This document shows, piece after piece, positions 12,567 through 26,085 of a DNA stretch of 64,000 bases. The first letter of the stretch is position 1. Each line of letters opens with the position of its first letter. Under the pieces are notes generated by a model, which saw only the letters and a program-made list of their open reading frames with translations, had not been told where the DNA came from and made no database searches. The stretch comes from Dicyema japonicum. Lineage: Eukaryota; Animalia; Dicyemida. The stretch lies in NCBI GenBank assembly GCA_011109175.1, contig RDEW01000006.1, positions 781,232 through 845,231 of the forward strand. Reading direction: 5' to 3'. The position numbers and the translations under genes are program-made.

Positions 12567-12940
12567 TTATGGAAGATCGAATAGCATACTGTTTTTAGCA
12601 CAGAATATAAACAATTCATTGAACCATGCATCTTTTATGCATGTGGTATATGAAGCCCACTCATCTCTTGGACGAATGTCTTGAAGATCGAGGCTAGCCT
12701 GAAAAGAGCCTCCAAAATCACAGAATGCTGGATTCCTGGAGAGTTCCAGCCACCATTGCCACTTGAAATCTTGATACGAATGAACCATGGAACGCACCGT
12801 CGTGACTGCAAAAGTCCAGTCACGTGCTTGTATGAGAGATCAACGGAAGAGCATCGGGCCAAGATGAGGTCCCTGCTAGTGCGTGCTGGGATCACGTGAT
12901 TAGTTAGTTTGTGTAACCGTGATCTCTGGTGTTATTATCA
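12567..12940 (+). mobile_element. 3' end of a LINE family whose ORF ends EEHRAKMRSLLVRAGIT*
   Basis: The same terminal peptide and 3' UTR recur about nine times in the window; several copies are contiguous with RT remnants. Confidence 0.7.
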
Positions 12941-12999
12941 TTATTTAATTTATTATTTATTAACCCCGAAATCACCAGAAAGAGGATAATGATTATCGT

Positions 13000-15020
13000 C
13001 TAATTGTGTACATACCAGTCCTTTTCCTGCGGTTAGTTTTGGAGTCCAGGATTAATCTGGTAAGAGTATTTCCTTCAGCATCCATGGTCACTTTAGGGTA
13101 TTTACCATTTAATAGTCGACTCAACGAATCAATCAATAATACAAATAACTGTGAAGATTAGGAATCTCCTTGTAATATTCCCCTTCTTAGATTCACCACA
13201 CCAAGCAAATTTCCATTAAATTTCCATTTTCATAAGTTTTTTTTATAAACGTAATAATCCATATAGGTAGTCCAGTGATTTCTAAAACTTCGTACAGAAA
13301 ACCATCATCCACAGAATCGAACGCTTTCTTTACATCGATCCAAGTCGAGCGTAAATTGGCTGACTGTTTATTAATGCATTGGTCAACCAAGGCTTGTTCT
13401 TTCGAGACTTTGCACATTCTACGAGTTCCTTAACTGGTTATCACTGATTGGATCAAATACTTCAATATATTCGCTCAGCTTGATATTGACTCACTTTGTT
13501 GTCAATTTATAGAGGTTAGACATGCATGTGATCGGTCTAAGGTCCTTCGGAGAGTCACAAACATCTTTCTTTTGAGTCAGGTGAATGACCTTAGACTAAA
13601 ACGATGAATCAGGAGTCGATTTCTCTTTATCACCTTTTCTATTTTTTAGTATATATGATCATGGAGGGACGTAATCTTAATAAAGATTTGTAGATCCCAT
13701 CATAGCCGCTCGCTCTCCAGTTTGGCAAGAGTTGGATTATTCTCAGCAATCCTTCTTTCGAGAAGTCAGCATATGCCTCCTCTTCCCCAGTAATCCTTTT
13801 GGATATAGAGAATCCACAGCCGGGTGGCATAGTGGTTAAATGTCGGGCTAAAGTGACTTAGGCTACGGGTTCGATTCTCGCTGCTGTTCACCTGATGGAA
13901 GGTTCCACGCATCTAGATGCTAAAAGGGTTTGACGAGTGACGCCGTCATCAGTGGATACTCACTGCGGAACTTGATTGTCTAGAAAGTACCCACACACAA
14001 GAAAAAAAAGAAGTGAAGATCATTCCTTGTTTCTACGATTAGTAAAAATTAACTGTTCTTTACTTAAATAAAATGTGTGTCCTGCCTATGCGGAGCTATA
14101 AATATTATGGCTCTCGTGAAAAGTCTGTTATTATTATTAGAATCCCACATCCTTCTTATCCTTTTCCTTCCACATGTTTTTCCAAAAAGCTGAACATTCC
14201 TCGATCTCAAATTGTACACAGAACTGCGGCCTTCCTCTCTCATCTTCCTATAAAAGCGCTTTCTTTTAGGCTCAAACCATAAATTGTCTCTTCGAAATTT
14301 CTTTCTCGACTTGTGTATCTTAATCTTTTTTTCCAACAGTTCTAATCTCTTCATTGATTGAACACAACACTCTTTCCAGATCTTTTTTTGACTTCTTGTA
14401 TGCATAAACACACAAAGCTTCTCTCGTTGAGTCATCATACTTCTGACTTCCCGATGACCCAACTAGTGCGCTGATTTCCGCGACATAAAAAACAGTTGAT
14501 CATCTGGCGACAAGATGTGGAAGAATGCTCAATAGTGACTACCTACGTCATCATAATAAGGTCGTCAGGTGCATACACTTACACCTGTGCAGGCAGTATG
14601 GAATAAAAAAATCGAAAAGACTAAAGTCTCATTCAGTACAAACTACGGTTTCTAACTGAATTTGTGAAAATTCGCGTTGATACAAAAATAGCTACTGATA
14701 CGAGAATAGACAATAACAATCCGGATATTTTCGTGTATGACAAAATCAAGAACATAATAACGCTAATAGAAGTGGGAATAACCTTCCAGGATTCTTTGAA
14801 CATGTCGAAGTGGAGTAAGGCCGCAAGTACGATCTTCTCGCAAGTAAGATGGGGATAATACACAAAGCGAAAGTGACATGATCCCAGTAGTCCTTACTTG
14901 GGATGGAGTCGTGAACGAATACTATAAACACTACTTGAGTCATTTAAAATTGGAATGCCCTGTAGGACCTACATGCAGATGGTAACGATCAAAAAGACGA
15001 TGGAAAGCGTTTTGGGAGGT
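13000..15020. mobile_element. R4/NeSL-like RLE non-LTR retrotransposon remnant; RT part on - (13000-14462), endonuclease part on + (14490-15020)
   Basis: Minus: NWRASGYDGI, SKEQALVD, WIDVKKAFDSV, GILQGDS. Plus: IRVDTKIATD...NNPDIFVYDK...IEVGIT...RKYDLL. Confidence 0.8.
13819..14138 (+). mobile_element. tRNA-derived SINE (family 1), full-length
   Basis: A-box tggcatagtgg, B-box ggttcgattct, (tta)n tail, near-perfect TSD agaatcc(c)aca; homologous copies at 22618-22836, 28839-29046, 42560-42795, 61290-61475 and ~1275-1920. Confidence 0.85.
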
Positions 15021-15530
15021 CACGTTTGCATGTCGGAGTGTTTTGGAGTCCTGGATTAATCTCCACAGCGGGGAAGGTTTCTTGTCATATCTCTGGCAGG
15101 CGTCCATATATAGTTTGATGTGCGGCCCGAGGGCATGATCAGGGGACTTTGCCATCTTGAGGAAGGTATTCCATGATTGGGGGATGTTTAGTGTTCTCCG
15201 TAGTAACGAGGTGGACGTATTTTTCGACTATCTCAATAGTATTCTGAGACATTGGTTTTGTAAAACTTCCAGCTTGCTCTGTGTCGATATTGATAGGGGG
15301 CAATCCATGCAGCACAGGCGTACTCGAGACTAGGTAGAACGAATTGTTTGCATAGAAGTTCTAATGATGGGCGGGAAGATATTGGAGAGTGAGTAAAAGC
15401 CTTGAGAATTCCAATTTTCTTTTGGATCCTCGCGTTACCATGTCCACTTGATGAGTGAATGCGAGGAGAGGATCCAGGATGACTCCAAGGATTGATAGGG
15501 TCTTCTTAATGGGAAGCGAGGAGTCATACA
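15020..15530 (-). mobile_element. LINE RT C-terminal remnant
   Basis: KTLSILGVILDPLLAFTHQV motif; degenerate. Confidence 0.6.
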
Positions 15531-15753
15531 ATTTTATTCGTGCCACTCTAATAGGAAGAGAAAGGAGGAACAGACGAATAAACAGAAACTTAGCCGCGAA
15601 GCACCACATGGCGCCACGCAAAAATTTAATTGTAAAAAATTGCATTATGAAAAAATAAACGAAATCATCTATTTTAATACGAAATTAAATATTCCTGAAC
15701 ATTTTCAGGTTTAAAATTTCGATTTTTAGTAAGAATTTTAGTCAAAAAAGATA

Positions 15754-16496
15754 CAGTCCGACCTCGATTTGGAACGGACCTCGGGGCTAGAACACCTCAG
15801 TTTTTGGAACACTTTGTAGGATCTCTGCCAAAAATACTGAAAACTTCGATTTGGAACTGAATTTATTACTATTTTTTAATTTATAGTCATTAATGAGTCT
15901 TAGTTACGAGGAAAAAGTTGAAATTTCTCGACTACTGAAAAATCATTCACACAGAGTACTCGCTCGGAAATATGAAACGACCATTGGCACAATAGCTCGA
16001 ATAAATGCCGTACATAACCCGTGGGGACATCATTTCAAATTTTCGAACTCAAACACAAACTGACGATATTTTTAAAACTTTGGATAGTAAAGTTCTCGAC
16101 ACTTTTCAACAATTAAGACTCCAAAATATTTCAGTTTCTGACCCTCTTATTAAAAAAATTGGTAATTTTGCTTTTTCTTACATCTTAAGGTATGAAAATT
16201 GCAACTAAATTGAACTTTACAAAAAATTAATGAATTGGAAGAATCAATTCTAGATATTGCTCCAAGTTCGTTAAAGGATTTTTACTGGTCAGACAAAATT
16301 TATTCACTAGTTTGAAGAAAAACTATGGACATGGAAAAATGATCGATGATTATTTTTCAATAAATAATGATTTTTAAGACTTTTTTTCATTAATTAAATT
16401 ATTAAATTTATATTGATGTTAATTTTTTGATAGAACCTCGGTTTTTGAAACAACCTCAGTTTTTGGAACACTGTGTTCCAAATCGAAGTCCGACTG
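15754..16496 (+). mobile_element. Internally deleted Tigger/pogo DNA transposon
   Basis: TIRs cagtccgacctcgatttggaac / gttccaaatcgaagtccgactg flanked by TA; internal LSYEEKVEI...LARKY (HTH) and CENP-B-like FQQLRLQNISVSDPLIKK. Confidence 0.85.
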
Positions 16497-16894
16497 TATC
16501 GCCCTTTCAAATGAGGCTGAGTTTCCGCAACAACTTTGAAAGTATGAGTAATATTTTTTATTCAAGAAATCAAGAATACTTAGTATCCCTGATTTCTGAA
16601 GCTTTTTTAATATATAATTTTTTTATACTACACCGATCTGATAAAAATTCTATGCTGTTCAGATCTGCATAGATTTTTCATTTGAATAATCGAGTAGTTA
16701 GCTATCAATTCAATTAAAATCAATTCAATTAAAACCAAATAGTTAAACTGATTTCGGTTAAAGTTTTAACCATCGACTAAATGATTAAACTCATAATACG
16801 TGATAATTATTATGGATCCATGATGCCTTAAACCACAATTAGCAAACTATTAATATTCATTCAATATAAAAATGGAAATGTGGAATCATTTTGA

Positions 16895-18048
<1,154 letters not shown>

Positions 18049-18529
18049 TAATTTAACTAACCATTAACGACTATAATAAACTAACCACGTAATTTTTAAG
18101 TTTGTCATAATTTGATATATCACGTGTGTGAATTTTTTGTCCCCCGACTTTTATCGTAACTTTTTCAATCAATAACGTCGATAAGGTAAAGCGATCATTT
18201 CTTTTGAAATCAAACAAAACTCTTAAAACTTATTTACTAGGCTAAATACTCATATCAATGGATTATTGGCAAATTGAGATTATGTGATTAGATCTTGTGA
18301 GCTCTTGATGACTGTGACCGATTCCTTTTCAAAATATGCAATGATCGAACTCGTGAGAAGCAAAACCTCCTTTAAATACCGGTTACCTTTAACTTTCGGT
18401 CATACGTTAAACGGCTTTAACGGTTAAATCGATTTTGCGCTCAGCCTAACCTCATTTAGAACCGGGCACATTAACATTTATTATTATTTATTTTATGGAA
18501 AATTAAAAATTTTTGTCGGCATACGAAGA

Positions 18530-19740
18530 GATCAATGCTGTCTTTTGATGAGAGTACATCGCTACTTTCCGCAAAAAAATATTATCCACGCTAGCAAAAT
18601 TTTGTCTTTTGCTTGTTATGTCAAGCCAGCGTTTGTGTGTGAAAGATCAAGACGAATTTAATTTATTGAGGTCTTTACTTGATAATGGGGATGTCAATCT
18701 TCCCAAGCATAGTATCGACTCAAGAATAAAGCGGAAACTTTCATAATTAATGAGGGGAAATTGTATTTGAAGGATGCAAACGGTCTACACAAGCTCGTAA
18801 TTGTTTCCACTAAAATAGAAAAAATGAAAATAATTGCTCGGGAAGGTTTCATGAGGCCAATCATTGTGGGCACAATGCATTGGAGGCTCTTTGTAGGAGA
18901 AGATTTTTTATAATAAAAAGAGAGATCATTCGACAAGTTGTTAGAAAATGCAACATTTGCCAATTCTCAGTACCACTAAAACAATGTGATTATTCAACTC
19001 ATATTGTTGCCGATGCGCCTAATGAGAGATTCCAAGTCGATCTGATTGATCTTAAAGGTCTGAAGTTTTTTTATGTTATTTTATAGATTTAAAGATCAAA
19101 ATAATCATTTTTGGTTACTTTCTGTTCTTGATGTTTATTCCAAATATGCTGTTACGAAAAATCTTAAAATAAAAGTGAAAATGAAGTGGCCCATTAACTA
19201 GAAAAATTATGAATTACGGCCCATGTGCATATTTACAATCGGACAATGGTACAGAGTTCAAGAATTTCCACATGACAAAGTTATGCAAAGAATTTAGTGT
19301 GACCCACATACATGGAAGACCCAACAATCCCCAAAGTCAAGGGATTGTGGAGAGATTTAACCAGACGATCACAAGAAGCTTGTCGAAAATGATGAGTTTT
19401 TGATAATAAAAAGAGTGGGTGAGAAACATTCCAAAGACTGTTTTTATACAATCAAACGCCTCGCTCATCCACAGGTAAATTGTTCCTTATATTTTTTCGT
19501 AGGGGTTAGTCCGTTCCAAAGATATCGTGGGATTCCATTGATCGAAAAATTTAGAAAAGGTTTTGTATATTTTAGAAGAATTTGAGTTTAATTTTCCAAA
19601 AATTAATTTGGAGTCCTCATATTATAAGAGGATGGAAAATGGGAGTACATCGCTCAAATATGATTCGGATGTTGGAGATATTGTATTCTATTTTTAATTA
19701 CTTAAAAGGCTCGCATTCAAAAGGATTATAGGACGAATTT
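18530..19740 (+). mobile_element. Degenerate Ginger-like (gypsy-type integrase) DNA transposon gene with micro-introns
   Basis: H-C-G...C-x2-C zinc motif, PNERFQVDLID, LDVYSKY, LQSDNGTEF, PQSQGIVERFNQTI, YN..SSTGVSPF; no RT or gag nearby; several stops and frameshifts. Confidence 0.75.
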
Positions 19741-20207
19741 CTTTCTTAGATTAACAAGGTATGAACATCCGTACGGGGATCCAGTTACTATTGCTGCAAA
19801 ATTGACCATCAATTGTAGAACGGGGAGATTCAACATAATACAAGCTTTTCCAACAATAATGACAAGGCGCAAGTTATGAGATAGGGCGGTAAGAGAATGG
19901 AATGTCTTTTGATTTTCCAGGCTTGAGAATTGATGTAATCAGTGAATTCTTCCATATATTTTGTATGGGAATCATATAATAATTAGCCTCAATATCACTA
20001 TATGTGCCTGAGGTCCTAGGTGCTATAGGTGAATAGCACAAGACACCGTCGGGGCCACAGGCTCAGGTGGGTCGTAGAAATTGTCCACATCATAGGGAGT
20101 GAAGAATGCAGTATATGGCGTCTGTAGTGGACCACATCGTGGCTGATCTACATATAATATTTCATAAGATTATTTGGAAGTTTCCGTGCAGGTTTCGAGA
20201 TAATGGA

Positions 20208-20785
20208 GGTAACTGCTTCCACTCCGTCTCCAATCTTCCTTTATAAGACTGTTGATACTTCTCTGTGTTTTGTGTTTTTCCAGACAAGGATTAGAAGATA
20301 TATATATAGTCATTTGTTTGTAACCCAGTTTTTTTTCAAGGCATCCCGTTTATTGATTTATTAAAATTTATAGATACATTTAGATCTTCAACGGGGTACT
20401 AATAATCCTATACCAACCTAAAAAATAAACTCCTTCCAAGAAATAGTAAAGAGGGCCTTACAACGGTTCTCCTCGCCAATGAAGCCAACCCCGTTCGAGG
20501 AACTTGTGAGGAGAACGGGAGCCCGGTTGAAACCTTAAAAATTCCGAAAAGTGATTTATCCATACAGGAAGTGTGTCGGCTCTTGGGAGGAACACCGGGA
20601 AAGGAAGAGGTGGCTGCTTAAGTAGGCCGGGATCATCTGAGGGTTACAAACAAATGACTATATACCGACCATACGAATTCTAAATTACAGAATTTCTCTT
20701 CTAATCCTTGTCTGGAAAACACAAAACACAGAGAAGTATCAACAGTCTTATAAAGGAAGATGGAGACGGAGTGGAAGCAGTTACC
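20208..20785. repeat. Foldback: ~120-bp inverted arms (20208-20326, 20641-20785) around a LINE 3' fragment
   Basis: ggtaactgcttccactccgtctcc...catttgtttgtaaccc is mirrored by gggttacaaacaaatg...ggagacggagtggaagcagttacc. Confidence 0.9.
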
Positions 20786-20869
20786 CCAACTCTCTTTTAT
20801 TTTGTCGTTGATTCTTGATTTTAGATAAATAAATCGACGAGCTACAAAAAGTCCAAAACATCGCGCTCA

Positions 20870-21470
20870 GAACAATTACTGGATGTCTCAGATCAACTCC
20901 TATTGATAATCTTCACTGCGAATCAAAAATTCTTCAAATTGGAGACCATTTGGAAATGAGAGCTCTGCAGTTCCTCTCCCAAGTAAACAGCCCAGATCAT
21001 CCTCGTCACTCTCTATGCAATCCTTAATAGAAAATAAAAAATTATTATGCCAAGCAGTGACCTGTCTCGAATGCTATCATTCATCCCTTCCAGCCACAAT
21101 GACCGACGTCGTCTGAAACAGATACATGATTATGTTTCTACGATAAATATCCGAAGACTTGGTGATAATAAAAATACTACAACACCACCCCCTTCCTCAA
21201 ATAGACCAATCAGAATTCTCTCTTTATAGGGACGCTCAGGTAAACCTGAATCGCCTAAGATGTGGGCACCATGCATCTCTACCGACGTAGATGTTTTCTG
21301 TCCCTTTTGCATCCTTTACAAGTTGACAACAAATCATCTATTTAAATATCATGAATTAGCAGTAAAATGCCGGGACTAACCGATCTATGGGAGCGACCGG
21401 CAATTGCTGCAGTCTATTTAATAACAGCTAGTCTCCTACAAGTAAATGAGGCTGGAGCTACTTATCCAAC
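20870..21470 (+). mobile_element. LINE 3' remnant, homologous to 62730-63310
   Basis: Shared LHxESKILxIxxHLEM segment and degenerate terminal Cys/His finger followed by DLWERP. Confidence 0.6.
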
Positions 21471-22617
21471 TAATTAACTATAGATGAGGAATATACCTAT
21501 CTAAAAAAAGGCATAAATCTTATAAAACATATTTATTTACTGATTTTAGATATTAATAAACGACTCCACCAATTTCTAGTAAATTTGATTGCAGCTGGTG
21601 AAAACAAATTAGGACATCTTAAGAAGAAAATATAACAAATCATTTTAGGACAATTTATATGGAAATTAACAAAAACTATGTATTTTTAGAGAAATTATTA
21701 TTTAATTATTGATGAAAATAACATTATTTTCATCGTACAATTTTTAGCAAATAAAAAAATAAGTAATAAGAAAAAATTATTATTTTCATTTTTCAGTATC
21801 TTCACCATATAAGGAGCCGCATAGCTAATAAATAATATTAAATTTGAAATTTTTAAAAAACATTTATCAAAAGCATTTATTATTTTTCGAATTATTACAT
21901 TCGAATTCGAATGTACTGCAATTTATAGCTGATTTCACAATGCATAAAGTCTCTAGATTACAAATTGTCCCGATAAATACATAAAATATTATTTCTCCGT
22001 TAATGTTATTTTCATCAATAATTAACTAGAATTGTTTGTTTAAAAATGTGTTCTGTAGATCAATAATATGAAAATCATAAAGTTTATGAATATTTTTTCG
22101 GAGTTCTGTAATAGATGGTACATGATAATTTAACAAATAGCTTTTATATATAACTATTCCCTAATTTTTGGAGTGGAATATCAGCAATTAACAATGCATT
22201 AACCAAAAAGATATCTTTTTTTTGTCAAAAAGAAAAAGTTGAGTGTTCTCTATACTTTTTTGCATTCTGTTTGATGTCTTTTTCCATTAAGATGTTGATC
22301 ATGTAGTATTGTTTAGAGAATTTTACTATCTTAGAGCATCTTTTGGCAAAATAAATCTCCTTTAGGTGTTATTGTAAATATGTATGAGTTTTTGGAAATT
22401 ACCGTTGAAATTCGTTTTTTATTTTTTCCTCTGAATTCTAATAGTTTTAATAATTGAGAAAATTAAAACCTGTCATAATAATAATAACACCAGAGACCAC
22501 GGTTACACAAAAATAAAGAATGCTAATAATGAAATTTAAAATGAAATAAAAAAAGCTAACAAAATTAAAAAATAATTATAATAATTATGTCTTATTTATG
22601 TCTCATCAAAGAAAAAA

Positions 22618-22836
22618 TGGTTTGATGAGTGACGCCGTCATCAGTGAATACTCACTGGGGAACTGGATTGTCTAGAAAAGACACTCACACAAGAAAAAGA
22701 AAAAAAAAGTGAAGATCATTCCTTGGTTCTACGATTAGTTAAAATTAACTGTTTTTTACTTAAATAAAGTGTGTGTCCTGCCTATGCGGAGCTATAAAAT
22801 ACTATGGCTCTCGTGAAAAGGCTTTATTATTATTAT
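22618..22836 (+). mobile_element. SINE family 1, 5'-truncated copy
   Basis: Near-identical to 13927-14138. Confidence 0.85.
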
Positions 22837-24529
22837 TCAAAGAAAAAGAGTGTCTCATCAACTCCCTGTTATTCCCCATCTCCACATCCGAGTCTGTCGA
22901 AATATGTTAGAGTCCAGTGGGATATCCTGCCGGTCCCACAAGTTGAGAGGTGGAAGAAGTGTACTCCTCACCAGATACCTTCATTCCATGTTTTTGGTCA
23001 ATTAGCATTGTCAAATAGCTTTTTATATAACGATTCCTTAATTTTTGAACTGAAATATCGGATTTTAAAAATGCTTTTAGGTGTTCTTATAAATATGTAC
23101 GAGTTTTTGGAAAATGCTTTTGAAATTTATTCCTTATTTTTGTTGGAGTTCTAATAGTTTTAATAATTGATAAAATACAAACCTGTCATTAAATGAAGAC
23201 TGTTAATTTATTTTTTTATTTAAACACCCCAAGACCACGGTCAAAAATCGAAACTAACTATCACATGATCCCGATATGTTATAATAAAGTCCTCATCTTT
23301 GCCCGATGTTCCTCTCTGTACGTATCAGGCACACATGTACGTATCAGGCAGCTGTTTGCAAGGTGCATTGAGTCATCCCGGAATCTAGTCATATGAGGAC
23401 TTCCAGAAGAGTCGATCCGGATCCATGTTCCCCACGAGTCAATCGCTCCGTAATTCTGAACCCTCTCTTATGCATTTCCTCCACTTTTCTTTTATTTATT
23501 TATAAGATGGAGTAGATCCCCCACGAAGACCTCGTAAACATGATTGGCTACATGCATCACAACTTTGATGTTCGTTCTCTCTGAATACTGTGGCCATTTG
23601 GTCCCGCACCTTTATACCAGTACTCCTCCTCTAGCCCTCATTGTTTATAACCATTTTTAAGCTCACTCATAGATATAAAAGTACTAAATCTGCTACTGCA
23701 GAGCTCCTCCAAGTATGGCCAATAATTCCAGAGTATTCGGCATAGCCTGCTACAGACCTGTGATTACCTGCCTCGTCCATCTTTTGTTTCAGTTTCCTCA
23801 ACGGTCTCGGTAAGGCCACCGAGAAGTCGGGAGTAGTATTGTCTTTAACCTAACTGCAAGCTCATTAAAACTAAATACTAGGATAACCTCATCCTCTAAT
23901 CCACCAGGAAAGTTGGAAATAAGATTTAAAAATAAGATTTTTGAACTAAGGGGATCAAAAATCTTATTTTTTACACGTACCAATAAGTTTTGACAGAGTG
24001 AATAAATTTTGCAAACTGATAAACAAAAAATAATTAAATTGATTTATGGAAGTTGAATCGCTAGCCTGTTTCCTCCGACATGACTATCGAGATACGTTCT
24101 CGAAGCCATCAGATTTCACGTGGATCCTTGGTGACCCTTTGGATTATTGAGTAGATCTGACAGACTAGATCCTCAACTTATGGACCAAGGATTCACGACG
24201 TCTCAGCAGAAAATGACAAACAAGTGATCCAAATTGCTTCGGTACTTCCTTCTATTCTGATCCTCGGCATGTTTAAAGTATGACCTGGGTTAGAGACTGA
24301 ACGACAATTTTTTTCGGAACTGAAAATGAAACGAAAACTTCAAAGACCACGTTAATGGACAACTTACTACTCTCGTGATCCCAAAGTACTCCTACAGGGA
24401 CCTCATCTTGGCTTAATGTTTCTTCGAACCCACAAAGCACGTATTGGAGGTGGAAACTATCTTACTATCTGAAAGGAAATAGCCACGCAGTCAGGACAGC
24501 CGCTATTATTATTATTAAAAACCAAAAAT

Positions 24530-26085
24530 CACCGACAAATTAAATAACTAATAACCGTCAGGTGATTCCGGCCGCCTCGAATAGCCATCTAATTCTTGCT
24601 CGGTGTTCCTTCCAACGCATTTCCTGATTGGGCGTGGGTTTCTTACTTTTTGGGGGTAGTAAGGCTCCGGTTTTCCTCACTAATTCCTCAAATGGTGTAG
24701 AGTTTAGTGGTGTCTGGGAAAAACCTTTGCAGAGCCTTACTGGCCATTTTTGGAATGTATATTTTTTTATAGTCGTTTGATAATTTGGTTCCCCATGAAG
24801 CCCACCCATAAGTTAGAGAAGGTTGAATATATTGAACGTAGAGCAAGTCCAAATTTGAGTTGAAACACCCTTATATTGTCCAAGGAGTGTTTTAACCAAA
24901 TTTAGCTTTCTTTGTGCCGAGAGATGACGTTGTCGATGTGTTTGCTGCAGATCAAGAGTGGGTCGTATGTTACGCCCAGCATCTTGACCGAGTTGGTCGT
25001 GGGGATTGAGTTTCCATTTGTGGTTACACATGGAGCGGAGTTTGTCAATCTTCTGTTTGTTGTGTATAAGACTTGTATGTAGAATGTTCTTAACGAGCCA
25101 GCAGTTCAGATCGTCCAATGAAGCTTGTAGCCGGTATACAGCAGTATTAACGCACTTGTCTTTGACTGCGACGATTATATCATCCGCATATGTCAGAACC
25201 AGAGTATCGTCACTGGTAAGGGAGGGCATATTGTGGAGATCCTTGAGGGACCCATTTGGAAGGAACTTGGTCACTGATCTAGTTTTTCCAGCAGTCACTC
25301 TTCATCTTCTTCCATTTAGGAAATTAGCAATCCAGACTTTCAGGTTGTTTGGAATTTTTGACGTACAGATCTTTCTTATCAAAAGCTTTCTTGGGACAGT
25401 GTCAAAAGCTTTTCTATATCGATGGAGCATATCAATGACTTCTGATGGTGTTTGCGTTTAGGCCATCCTTGATGAAATTTGTAAGGCATGTAAGATGTGT
25501 TTCTGTAGAGTGCCTTTTCTGAATCCGTGTTGAAAAAGTGCATCAGGAAGGTATGGTTTGATTAGTTCAAGAATCATTTTTGATGTAACACATAGGAGAG
25601 ATATTGGTCTGTATGAGGCTGGTGATTTTTTTGGTCGCCCGGGTTTCAGAATTGGTCGTATGTTTGATAGCTTTCATATGGAAGGAATACAATTTTCGTT
25701 GATTGAAAAGTTGAAAATTTTGTGAGGACTATGATAGCATAGGGGTCTATGTTTTTCAGAACTATTACAGAGATTCCGTCCGGGCCGCAGGAATATGTCG
25801 ACTTTTGAGCCTTACCAATTTCTGTACGTTCTTCACAGAGAGGACAATCGGGGAGGTAGCTCTTTTAGGTTTGAGGGCTAGGATGGATGGACCTTCGAAT
25901 TTCTTGTGTGGGATGAAACTCGTGGAGGAATAGTACTTCATGAGTTTGTTTAGGAAGATCTTGTTTTCCATTTCTTCACGTGCGGACGGGTTGTCAGCGT
26001 TAATAAAGCTTTTAAGTGTTTTCCACATTTTTGTAAGGGAGTTCTGCTTGTTTAGATTGGACAGTAGGTTTTTCCAGGGCATCCG
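24530..26085 (-). mobile_element. LINE ORF2 remnant (RT) ending EHRARIRWLFEAAGIT*
   Basis: GPDGIS, YRPISL, KAFDTV, LTYADD motifs with frameshifts. Confidence 0.8.

Noticed and set aside
13819-13890. tRNA gene
   Set aside because: It has A/B boxes but no convincing cloverleaf, and it continues into a repeated body with a tail and TSD, so it is a SINE head. The isolated B-box near 26572 is likewise unsupported.
21500-23190. AT-rich region with short inverted and duplicated blocks (22130-22480 vs 23010-23190)
   Set aside because: Probably decayed transposon DNA; no termini or coding motif could be supported.
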